Part shown: positions 46,282-54,257 of the stretch, in pieces
How the letters are laid out: every line of letters starts with the position of its first letter
Numbering within the stretch: the first letter of the stretch is position 1
From: Clostridia bacterium
GTDB taxonomy: Bacteria; Bacillota; Clostridia; UBA1212; UBA1255
Reading direction: 5' to 3'
DNA: 64,000 nt
NCBI GenBank assembly: GCA_017935905.1
Contig: JAGBGO010000009.1
Coordinates: 575 to 64,574, forward strand
The notes under the pieces: model-generated
The model's database searches: none
The model's input: the letters and a program-made list of their open reading frames with translations, nothing else
Told to the model about the DNA's origin: nothing
Made by a program: the position numbers and the translations under genes

Positions 46282-47714
46282 TGATTCAGCGCCTCATCCA
46301 TTAATTTTTGTAAAATGACAGGATTTGCTTTTCCGCTTGTCTTGGCCATCGCCTGACCCATTAAGGATTTAGCGGCTGCCAGTTTGCCGTTCTTGTAGTC
46401 GTTTACAGACTTCTCGTTGGCAGCCAGTACAGCAGCAACCACATCGCGAAGTACGCTTTCATCATTGATCTGTGCCAAATTCTGCTCACGAACCACGTCC
46501 TCCGGAGCTTTGTCCGTTCCCCAGATTTCTTTCAGCACTTTCTTGGCTGTAGAACTGTTGATGACTTGATCCACCACCAAATTGGAAAGTGCCGCAAAAT
46601 GTTCAGGACTTACGCAAATCCTTTGATCTTCCGGTGTCATCATACGGAAAACGTCCGTAATCAGCATATTGGCTGCAATTTTCGGCGTTTTGGCGGTCTT
46701 GGCACAAGATTCAAAGTAATCGGAAAGTTCTTTGCTTTCCGTTAATTTGAGGGCATCATAAGAAGACAAACCGTAGTTTTGCTCGTACCGTGCCCGTCTT
46801 TCGTCGGGAAGTTCCGGAATGGCCGCTCTCAGGCGAGCAATTTCGTCTTCCGACAGTTCAATGGGCGGAAGGTCCGGATCCGGGAAGTAACGGTAATCGT
46901 CCGCATCTTCTTTCCGACGCATAGTATAGGTTTTGTTCTCCTCCTGGGCAAAGCGCCGTGTTTCCTGTACAATGGCCTCTCCTGCCTCAATAGCATCCAC
47001 CTGTCTTCTATATTCATATTCAATTGCCTTGGCAATAAATGTGAAAGAATTCAGATTTTTCATTTCCGTACGGGTGCCAAAGGGTTCACCCGGTTTATGC
47101 ACAGAAAGGTTTACGTCACAACGAAGACTGCCTTCGTTCATTTTACAGTCGGATACACCGGTGTAAAGGGCGATGGAGCGAAGTTTCTGTACGTAATTCA
47201 CCGCTTCCTGGCTACTACGAATATCCGGTTCGGAAACAACCTCGATCAAAGGCACACCGCATCGGTTACAGTCAATCAGCGTTCCCTTCTCGTCATCGTG
47301 AATCAATTTACCGGCATCTTCTTCAATATGGATACGGGTAATGCCGATTTTCTTTAAACCGGAAGGATCTGTATCACTTTCAATTTCCAACCAGCCGTGC
47401 TCGCAAAGGGGCAGGTCAAATTGGGAAATCTGGTAGGCCTTAGGAAGGTCCGGGTAAAAATAATTCTTTCTGTCCTGCTTGGAGTACCGAGCAATGGTAC
47501 AATTTGTGGCAAGACCTGCCTTCACTGCAAACTCCGCAACCTGACGGTTGAGTACCGGAAGTGTTCCCGGATAGCCCATACATACAGGGCAACACTGGGT
47601 ATTGGGTTCTGCGCCAAAATCCGTGGGACAAGAACAGAAAATTTTCGTTTTGGTTTTGAGCTCAATATGAACTTCAAGACCGATTACCATTTCATAACCT
47701 TTATATAATTCCAT
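46278..47714 (-). CDS. gatB: Asp/Glu-tRNA amidotransferase subunit B
   Basis: IGLEVH, RKNYFYPDLPK, HIEEDAGK, EGSLRCDVN, EMKNLNS, YRYFPDPDL; start at MELYKG. Confidence 0.98.
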   Translation of the reverse strand: MELYKGYEMVIGLEVHIELKTKTKIFCSCPTDFGAEPNTQCCPVCMGYPGTLPVLNRQVAEFAVKAGLATNCTIARYSKQDRKNYFYPDLPKAYQISQFDLPLCEHGWLEIESDTDPSGLKKIGITRIHIEEDAGKLIHDDEKGTLIDCNRCGVPLIEVVSEPDIRSSQEAVNYVQKLRSIALYTGVSDCKMNEGSLRCDVNLSVHKPGEPFGTRTEMKNLNSFTFIAKAIEYEYRRQVDAIEAGEAIVQETRRFAQEENKTYTMRRKEDADDYRYFPDPDLPPIELSEDEIARLRAAIPELPDERRARYEQNYGLSSYDALKLTESKELSDYFESCAKTAKTPKIAANMLITDVFRMMTPEDQRICVSPEHFAALSNLVVDQVINSSTAKKVLKEIWGTDKAPEDVVREQNLAQINDESVLRDVVAAVLAANEKSVNDYKNGKLAAAKSLMGQAMAKTSGKANPVILQKLMDEALNQ

Positions 47715-47727
47715 GGTGCGTTCCTCC

Positions 47728-49176
47728 TTAAATGCCCTTTTCAAAACTATTTGCTACGCGAAGAATGGTCTTCTCATCAAACGCTTTACCAATGAGCTGA
47801 ATACCGATGGGCAAGTTTTCAGCGCCTGTTGCGCAGGGAATGGAAATTGCGGGAAGTCCTGCAATGTTTACCGTTACAGTGTAAATATCGCCTAAATACA
47901 TTTCCAAAGGATCCGTGACTTTTGCACCGGACTTGTAAGCCGTGGTGGGCGAAACAGGTGCCATCACACAGTCGCAATCCTCGAAGATCTTATTAAAGTC
48001 CCGAACCACCAAAGTACGTACCTGCAATGCTTTCTTGTAGTACGCGTCATAGTATCCGGCAGACAGGGCAAACGTACCTAACATAATACGGCGTTTCACC
48101 TCGTCGCCAAAGCCCTCTGAGCGATTCTTCCGGTAAAAACTTTCCATATCTTCACATTGCTCACTGCCGGGTGCGCGGAATCCGTAGCGTACGCCGTCGA
48201 ATCTTGCCAGGTTAGAAGAGGCTTCTGCACTGGAAATAACGTAGTATGCCGGAAGGGCGTCTTTCAGGGTAGGCATAGAAACTTCTTTTACCTTCGCACC
48301 CAAAGATTCGTAGCGAATTGCCGCTTGCAGCGTAGCTTCCCGCACTTCTTTGGAAATACCGCCTTCTCCTGCAATAAATTCTTTAGGAAGGGCAATGGTC
48401 ATGCCTTTTACACCTTTATCCAAATCCACTAAACTGCTGGTCGTATCCGTCTTAACGGAAGTTGCGTCGTGGTGGTCATACCCCCGAATGGCATCAAATA
48501 CGATGGCCGCGTCCTCTACGGTTTTGGTTACAGGGCCAATTTGATCCAAAGAAGATGCAAAGGCAACCAAGCCGTAACGGGAAACACTGCCGTAGGTCGG
48601 TTTCAAACCAACTACGCCGCAGAAGGAAGCCGGCTGACGAATAGAGCCACCCGTATCGGATCCTAAAGAATAAGGTGCCAATTCAGCCGCTACACAAGCT
48701 GCACTGCCGCCGGAACTGCCGCCGGGAACATAGGCTGTGTTTGCGGGATTCTTGGTTTTCTTATAATAAGAGTTCTCCGTGGTAGAACCCATGGCAAATT
48801 CGTCCATATTGGTCTTGCCCAACATAACGACGTGCTGTGCATTTAATTTCTCCATCACCGTTGCGTCAAAAGGCGGCACGTAATTCTCCAACATTTTGGA
48901 AGCACAGGTGGTGCGCACGCCTTTGGTGCTGATGTTATCTTTAATTCCCGCGGGAATACCTGCCAAGGTTGGAAGTGCTTCGCCTTTTGCACGAAGTGCG
49001 TCTACTTCTTTTGCTTTTGCCAGGGCTTCCTCCCCTGTTACGGTGATATATGCACCGATTTCAGGTTCTTTGGCTTCAATATTCTTCAGATATGCCCGTG
49101 TAAGGTCCTCGGAAGAAACCTCTTTCCCGGAGAGCATCCGGCTTAATTCAGAAACGCTGTATTTTGTAAGTTCCAT
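47728..49176 (-). CDS. gatA: Asp/Glu-tRNA amidotransferase subunit A (amidase)
   Basis: GIKDNI, GKTNMDEFAMGS, PGGSSGGS, GSDTGGSIRQP, EVKRRIMLG. Confidence 0.98.
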   Translation of the reverse strand: MELTKYSVSELSRMLSGKEVSSEDLTRAYLKNIEAKEPEIGAYITVTGEEALAKAKEVDALRAKGEALPTLAGIPAGIKDNISTKGVRTTCASKMLENYVPPFDATVMEKLNAQHVVMLGKTNMDEFAMGSTTENSYYKKTKNPANTAYVPGGSSGGSAACVAAELAPYSLGSDTGGSIRQPASFCGVVGLKPTYGSVSRYGLVAFASSLDQIGPVTKTVEDAAIVFDAIRGYDHHDATSVKTDTTSSLVDLDKGVKGMTIALPKEFIAGEGGISKEVREATLQAAIRYESLGAKVKEVSMPTLKDALPAYYVISSAEASSNLARFDGVRYGFRAPGSEQCEDMESFYRKNRSEGFGDEVKRRIMLGTFALSAGYYDAYYKKALQVRTLVVRDFNKIFEDCDCVMAPVSPTTAYKSGAKVTDPLEMYLGDIYTVTVNIAGLPAISIPCATGAENLPIGIQLIGKAFDEKTILRVANSFEKGI

Positions 49177-49191
49177 AGTCCGTTTCCTCCT

Positions 49192-51306
49192 TTATACTTC
49201 GCCCTTCACCGCAACGGTTACGAAACCGTCTCCGGAGGTGGGTGCGTTCTTTAGCATTAAATCGCGGTCGAAAGGTGTGACCACGTTATCTTCCCGCATC
49301 ACGTTTCTTAAATCTGCAATGTGGGCAGTGGCCGCAACGCCCTCTGCATTTAATTCACTTAAACGGTCGGCAAAAGCGATCATACCGTCTAAGTCTTTCT
49401 CAATAGCTTTTTCTTGCTCTTTGGTAAATTCCAGCATGGCAAGTTTTGCAACGCGGGCCGCAGAAACTTTAGCAGGCGTCTTCTTACCCGCCGCACCGGA
49501 AGCGGCTCCCTGCCCTGCCTCTATGGTGCCGGTACAGAGTTTCAGTACTTCCAACTGCTCCTGGTCTACAATATTGGGGGCGTCGGTCATCAAACAAGAT
49601 GCGTCTTTCACCTTGGGGAATGCAATAACGTCACGCAAGGAATCGGCCCCTACCATCAGCATTACCAAACGGTCTAAACCGAAGGCAAAACCACCGTGAG
49701 GCGGTGTGCCGTAGCGGAAGGCGTTAATTAAGAAGCCAAAGCGAGACTGTGCTTCTTCATCGGAAAAACCAAGTGCCTTAAACATAAGTTCCTGTACGTC
49801 GGGGCGGTGAATACGAATACTGCCGCTTCCCAGCTCTACGCCGTTTAATACAAAGTCGTATGCCTGAGCACGTACGCGTCCGGGATCAGACAGCATATAT
49901 GGCAGATCTTCTTCGTAAGGCATAGTGAAAGGATGGTGCTGGGCTACAAAGCGATTCTCTTCTTCGGAATATTCGAACAAGGGGAAATCGGTAATAATAC
50001 AGTAAGCAAATTCATCTTTCTTTCGAAGGCCTAACAAATCTGCAATATCCTGACGAAGGCCGCCTAAGGTGCGGTACACCGTCTTGGGTTTATCGGCACA
50101 GAACAAAATGAAGTCGCCGGGTTTCGCACCCACACGCTCTACAATTGCGTCCATTTCAGACTCTTTGAAATATTTAGACAGAATGGAGTAACGCTCTCCG
50201 TCGTCACGAATGGCAATCCAAGCCATACCGCCGGCACCGTAGCTTTGGGCTTTGGTGGTTAAGTTTTCAATGGTGGTACGGGTAAAAGAGTTGCCGCCTT
50301 TAACGTTAATGGCTCTTACGATGCCACCCTTGTCCGTTACTTTTCTGAACACAGCGAAACTGCAGGTTCTGGCAATATCGGTTAAGTCAATGATTTCCAA
50401 TCCAAAACGGATGTCCGGCTTGTCAGAGCCGAACCGATCCATGGCTTCCTGCCAGGTAAATCTGGGGAAAGGCTTTTGAATCAATTCCTGAATGCTCTTG
50501 TTATCGGGAAGCATTTTACCGGAAACGTCCTTGAAAAGCCCTTCCAAATGACGCAGTACGTCTTCCTGCTCGATGAAAGACATTTCCATATCTACCTGGG
50601 TAAATTCCGGCTGACGGTCAGCACGAAGGTCCTCGTCACGGAAACAGCGGGCTACTTGGTAATATTTGTCTACGCCGCCTACCATTAAAAGCTGCTTAAA
50701 GAGCTGTGGGGACTGAGGAAGCGCATACCAGTTTCCCGGATGCACACGGCTGGGCACCAAATAGTCACGGGCACCCTCCGGCGTACTCTTGGTAAGCATA
50801 GGAGTTTCCACCTGAATAAATCCGGCACCGTCCAAGTAATCTTCCGATACTTTCTGGAGTTTATGGCGAAACTTTAAGTTATCTAACATTTCCGGACGGC
50901 GAATATCTAAATAACGGTATTTTAGACGCAAGTCCTCGCGCACGTTCACGCCCTCGCTTAAATCGTAAGGAAGCGTGGTTGCCTGGGAAAGCAATTCAAT
51001 ATGGGATGCGGCTAATTCCACCGTACCGGTTGCAATCTTGGGGTTGACGGTTTCTGCATCCCGCAAGCGAACGGTTCCTTCCACCAAAATAACCGATTCG
51101 TTTCGAAGGCCTTCTGCAATGGAAAACTCCTGGCTGTCTGCAAAGTCTGCTACGTTAAAGACAACCTGCAAAACGCCTTCTCTGTCACGAAGGTCAATAA
51201 ATACTACGCCACCCATATCTCGCTTGGTCTGTACCCAACCGCAAGCGGTGACGGTCTGTCCGATGTGCGTTTCCCGAACCAAACCACAATAACTTGTTCT
51301 TCTCAT
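49192..51306 (-). CDS. aspS: Aspartyl-tRNA synthetase fused in frame at its C-terminus to GatC
   Basis: AspRS motifs FIDLRD, RLKYRYLD, STPEGARD, ALPQSPQLFK, FRDED, HHPFT, PPHGG, IAFPK; then linker GQGAASGAAGKKTPAK and a GatC-like tail VAKLAMLEF...NVMRED...LMLKNAP. Confidence 0.93.
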   Translation of the reverse strand: MRRTSYCGLVRETHIGQTVTACGWVQTKRDMGGVVFIDLRDREGVLQVVFNVADFADSQEFSIAEGLRNESVILVEGTVRLRDAETVNPKIATGTVELAASHIELLSQATTLPYDLSEGVNVREDLRLKYRYLDIRRPEMLDNLKFRHKLQKVSEDYLDGAGFIQVETPMLTKSTPEGARDYLVPSRVHPGNWYALPQSPQLFKQLLMVGGVDKYYQVARCFRDEDLRADRQPEFTQVDMEMSFIEQEDVLRHLEGLFKDVSGKMLPDNKSIQELIQKPFPRFTWQEAMDRFGSDKPDIRFGLEIIDLTDIARTCSFAVFRKVTDKGGIVRAINVKGGNSFTRTTIENLTTKAQSYGAGGMAWIAIRDDGERYSILSKYFKESEMDAIVERVGAKPGDFILFCADKPKTVYRTLGGLRQDIADLLGLRKKDEFAYCIITDFPLFEYSEEENRFVAQHHPFTMPYEEDLPYMLSDPGRVRAQAYDFVLNGVELGSGSIRIHRPDVQELMFKALGFSDEEAQSRFGFLINAFRYGTPPHGGFAFGLDRLVMLMVGADSLRDVIAFPKVKDASCLMTDAPNIVDQEQLEVLKLCTGTIEAGQGAASGAAGKKTPAKVSAARVAKLAMLEFTKEQEKAIEKDLDGMIAFADRLSELNAEGVAATAHIADLRNVMREDNVVTPFDRDLMLKNAPTSGDGFVTVAVKGEV

Positions 51307-51334
51307 GAGATCCTCTCTTTCTTTCCTTACAAAC

Positions 51335-51575
51335 AAAAAATCTTCCGTCCCGGCCGATTCTTTGCTTTAGAGTCGATCCTTGGGACGAAAGATTGATTTA
51401 CTTCCGCGGTGCCACCCAAATTGACAGCCCCATGCGGGCCATCCTTCTTTGTTGTTCCAATTATGCTGTTTGAACTCCCAGGCGTTCTTCCTGCTTCCTA
51501 CTTTGCATCGCCCTCCCAGCCTGCGGGGCAACTCTCTTTGGTATTTCATGAAACAGTACTCTTCTGTTCAACATT
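51335..51575 (-). promoter_or_regulatory. T-box riboswitch, Asn specifier, upstream of aspS-gatC/gatA/gatB
   Basis: Minus strand: AGTA, AGAGAG and GCTGGGAG stem-I motifs; GAA-G-AAC specifier (AAC at 51486-51484); T-box AATTTGGGTGGCACCGCGG (51422-51404); terminator TCTTTCGTCCC/GGGACGGAAGA plus T6. Confidence 0.93.
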
Positions 51576-51586
51576 CAAACATAGGT

Positions 51587-51615
51587 AGTATAGGAGATTT
51601 CCGGGGAAAAGTCAA
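51587..51615 (-). promoter_or_regulatory. sigma-A promoter for the T-box leader
   Basis: TTGACT (51615-51610), 17 bp, TATACT (51592-51587). Confidence 0.8.
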
Positions 51616-51640
51616 GATTTTTTCTACCGAAAGATGCTCT

Positions 51641-51823
51641 GGGAGGTAGTATGCGCTTTTTTCGGAAAAACCTCACGTTTTTTTGAAGTTGCGGGAGGTT
51701 TTGAGCGTATTATATCTTTTTACCTCCCCATTCCGGTGCCATGCCCGGATATAGCGGGAGGTGAAGTTGTGATTTTCACCATTTTACCTCCCACCCAAAG
51801 TTCCGACACGTGCGGGTAAAATG
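51641..51823. repeat. Array of short inverted-repeat units GGGAGGT-N22/23-ACCTC(C/A)C
   Basis: GGGAGGT at 51641, 51693, 51756; ACCTC(C/A)C at 51670, 51722, 51786; extra IR CATTTTACC (51780) / GGTAAAATG (51815). Confidence 0.65.
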
Positions 51824-51831
51824 CCCTGCCA

Positions 51832-51860
51832 TTGATTTTCTTGCTTTTTTATGGTCTAAT
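51832..51860 (+). promoter_or_regulatory. Probable promoter for the cbrA-like gene
   Basis: TTGATT, 17 bp, TG-G-TCTAAT. Confidence 0.4.
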
Positions 51861-51912
51861 AGAAGTACAAAGAAGTTGGATAACTGGTTGATTTTGTCAG
51901 GAGGCTCAAAAC

Positions 51913-53013
51913 ATGGAGCAAGCAAACCAAAATACGTATGATATTGCCGTTATCGGTGCCGGTCCTGCGGGAGCCGTTTTTGTAAAGGAACTGGCGGAGG
52001 CGCGTCCCGAGCTGAAAATCATTTTAATCGACGGACAGTCTTCGGATTCCGCAAAACCCTGTGGCGGACTTTTAGCACCGGATGCACAAAAGTTGCTGGC
52101 CCGATTTAATTTAGTGCTTCCAAAGAGCGTGCTGGAAGATCCGCAAATCTTTGCGGTGGAAACCATTGATATCCAGCAAAAACTGGTTCGCTATTACCAA
52201 AGACATTATCTGAATATGGACCGCTTCGCATTCGATCAATGGTTGCTGTCTTTAGTGCCTTCCTGCGTTACCATCCAAAACGGGCGCTGCACGGAAATTT
52301 CCCAAGGAGAAAACGGCTATCTAATTGGGATTAAACACAATAACGCGGATACGGAAATCAAAGCGAAAGCGGTAGTAGGTGCCGACGGCGGCGGTTCTGT
52401 CGTACGGCGAACTTTCTTTAAGCCCATGCAGGTTCAGTACGTAGCCATTCAGCAATGGTTTGAAAACAAAGGGCAAAAAGCCCCCTACTATTCCTGTATT
52501 TTTGATGCTAAGACCAGTGACAGTTGTTCCTGGACCATTCACAAAGGCAATCACGTAATATTCGGCGGCGCCTTTGACAAGCACGAATGTCGGCGGGCAT
52601 TCGAGGCACAAAAAACAAGATTAGAAGATTTTCTTGGAAATTCTTTTGGAGAAGCAGTTAAAACGGAGGCTTGCTTGGTTTCAAGTCCCCGTTCTATGGG
52701 GGATTTTTGTACCGGATCCGGAAGTATTTTTCTGATGGGTGAAGCGGCCGGCTTTATCAGTGCCAGCTCCTTTGAAGGGCTCAGCAGTGCAATGTTCAGC
52801 GGTAAAATGCTGGCAGATGCTTTTACCAAAGGCACTTCCCATGGGGAGGTTCAAAAATTATATAAGCGAAGCACACGGTCTTTGAGGCGGAAACTGCGCA
52901 TGAAGTCGATTAAAAGAATGTTCTTGTGTACACCTTTTACCCGTCGTTTGATTATGAAGAGCGGACTGCAAAGCATCCAGCCTTACGAGAAGTCAAAATT
53001 CGGCCAATCTTGA
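51913..53013 (+). CDS. cbrA: FAD-dependent oxidoreductase, CbrA/YidS-like (geranylgeranyl-reductase superfamily)
   Basis: IGAGPAG, KPCGGLLAPDAQ, PQIFAV, YQRHY, GADG, YVAIQQWF, YSCIFD, GEAAGFISASSFEG resemble E. coli CbrA as I recall it. Confidence 0.8.
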   Translation: MEQANQNTYDIAVIGAGPAGAVFVKELAEARPELKIILIDGQSSDSAKPCGGLLAPDAQKLLARFNLVLPKSVLEDPQIFAVETIDIQQKLVRYYQRHYLNMDRFAFDQWLLSLVPSCVTIQNGRCTEISQGENGYLIGIKHNNADTEIKAKAVVGADGGGSVVRRTFFKPMQVQYVAIQQWFENKGQKAPYYSCIFDAKTSDSCSWTIHKGNHVIFGGAFDKHECRRAFEAQKTRLEDFLGNSFGEAVKTEACLVSSPRSMGDFCTGSGSIFLMGEAAGFISASSFEGLSSAMFSGKMLADAFTKGTSHGEVQKLYKRSTRSLRRKLRMKSIKRMFLCTPFTRRLIMKSGLQSIQPYEKSKFGQS

Positions 53014-53038
53014 CATTCTATAATCCAACCAGTATACT
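53010..53038 (+). promoter_or_regulatory. sigma-A promoter for the zinc-ribbon gene
   Basis: TTGACA (53010), 17 bp, TATACT (53033). Confidence 0.7.
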
Positions 53039-53069
53039 GTTTACAAAACAAATTAAAGGAGGTTTGATT

Positions 53070-53549
53070 ATGTCCTATTGTTCAAAATGCGGCAATCAAT
53101 TCAGTGACGGAGATTCTTTCTGTGCATTTTGCGGAAATTCCGTTGTCGAGAAAAAACAAGAATTACAGATTCAACCACAAACTCAAAGTCAACCATCTTT
53201 ATGCGAAGACACGCCCCCTAATATGCCCGGTCGCGGTTCAAGCATCGCCGGAATGATTTTAGGGATCATCGGTTCTCTTTACGGATTCGTTTTTTCCTTG
53301 GTTGCCATTCGCACTGTAATGAGATTAATTCAGTCTGACTGGTATAATTGGTATGAACAAGCAGAAGATTACAGCGGCAATATCTTTATGATTATGTTTT
53401 TTGCAGAGATACCCGTTTTAGCAGTTGTATTCTCCGTTTTGGGAAGAAGCAAAGGCTATCAAACAGGAATCAATAAATCCGGATTGATAACAGGTCTCCT
53501 CGGTTTGTTCTTCTTTATAATCGCATTGGTTATATATATATTTATCTAA
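53070..53549 (+). CDS. Zinc-ribbon (CxxC...CxxC) domain membrane protein, DUF4190-like
   Basis: MSYCSKCG...FCAFCGN, Gln/Pro linker, three hydrophobic segments (SIAGMILGIIG); AAAGGAGG RBS. Confidence 0.7.
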   Translation: MSYCSKCGNQFSDGDSFCAFCGNSVVEKKQELQIQPQTQSQPSLCEDTPPNMPGRGSSIAGMILGIIGSLYGFVFSLVAIRTVMRLIQSDWYNWYEQAEDYSGNIFMIMFFAEIPVLAVVFSVLGRSKGYQTGINKSGLITGLLGLFFFIIALVIYIFI

Positions 53550-53573
53550 TCCGAACAATAAATCATTCATAGC

Positions 53574-53618
53574 AAAAACAACTTTTCAAGCCTTATACGG
53601 TTCGAAAAGTTGTTTTTT
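53574..53618. terminator. Bidirectional terminator between the zinc-ribbon gene and coaE
   Basis: AAAAACAACTTTTC...GAAAAGTTGTTTTT, 14-bp perfect inverted repeat. Confidence 0.8.
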
Positions 53619-53642
53619 GTATGCGTTCTATTTTGATTCCCC

Positions 53643-54248
53643 TTAAAACTCCAAGAACCGTCTCAGTTCAAACAATACCAATTTCTTCAGTTCTTCAACA
53701 TCGCCCTCATTCTCAATCACACAGTCTGCAAGATCACTGTATTCCCGGTTGGACATTTGTGCGGCAATCCGTTTCACCGCCTCCGCTTCCGAAATCATCA
53801 TCCGCTTCATTAAGCGGGAAATTCGCAAATCATCGTTGGCGACCACGGCCCACACCGTATTACACGTATCAAAGAAGCCGTCTTCAATAGGAATAGGCAC
53901 GTCCAGTACCACGAAAGGAATATCCCCTTGTTCCCGGTAACCTTCCACACGGCGTTTCATTTCTGCGGACACGTATTTATGGACAATGGAATTTAACACC
54001 TGCATCTTACCCCGGTCGTTAAACACAATAGCACCTAGAGCCTTGCGATCCAATTCTCCGTCCGCACCTACGATGCCGGGACCGAAGTAAGCCACAATCT
54101 CATGATAAGCGGGGCCGTCTTTTTGCTGCATCTTCTTAGACACCACGTCTGCGTCAATAATCTTGCCGCCTTGCTCTTTCAAAATACGGCAAACCACCGT
54201 CTTGCCTGTACCGCTTCCCCCTGTAACACCTAATATTTTCATGGTCAA
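53643..54248 (-). CDS. coaE: Dephospho-CoA kinase
   Basis: GVTGGSGTGKT, IIDAD, LDRKALGAIVF, DVPIPIE, RIAAQM; follows polA. Confidence 0.94.
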   Translation of the reverse strand: MTMKILGVTGGSGTGKTVVCRILKEQGGKIIDADVVSKKMQQKDGPAYHEIVAYFGPGIVGADGELDRKALGAIVFNDRGKMQVLNSIVHKYVSAEMKRRVEGYREQGDIPFVVLDVPIPIEDGFFDTCNTVWAVVANDDLRISRLMKRMMISEAEAVKRIAAQMSNREYSDLADCVIENEGDVEELKKLVLFELRRFLEF

Positions 54249-54257
54249 ACCTCCAAA

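Noticed and set aside
49440-49560. Separate gatC gene with its own start
   Set aside because: No stop codon after the AspRS core and no in-frame start with an SD before the GatC N-terminal helix. An assembly error cannot be excluded without reads.
51367-51549. 60-aa minus-strand ORF upstream of aspS as a leader peptide
   Set aside because: It lies wholly within the T-box RNA, which already explains the region.
51634-51819. 61-aa ORF over the inverted-repeat array, plus the micro-ORFs MRFFRKNLTFF and VIFTILPPTQSSDTCG after SD-like motifs
   Set aside because: Their sequence is dictated by the repeat arms, with no toxin-like hydrophobic helix or signalling-peptide motif. Not excluded without ribosome profiling.
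51641-51823. Possible mini-CRISPR or integron attC array
   Set aside because: The conserved parts are only 7-11 bp, not 23-47-bp direct repeats, there are no attC R/L boxes, and no cas or integrase gene is present.
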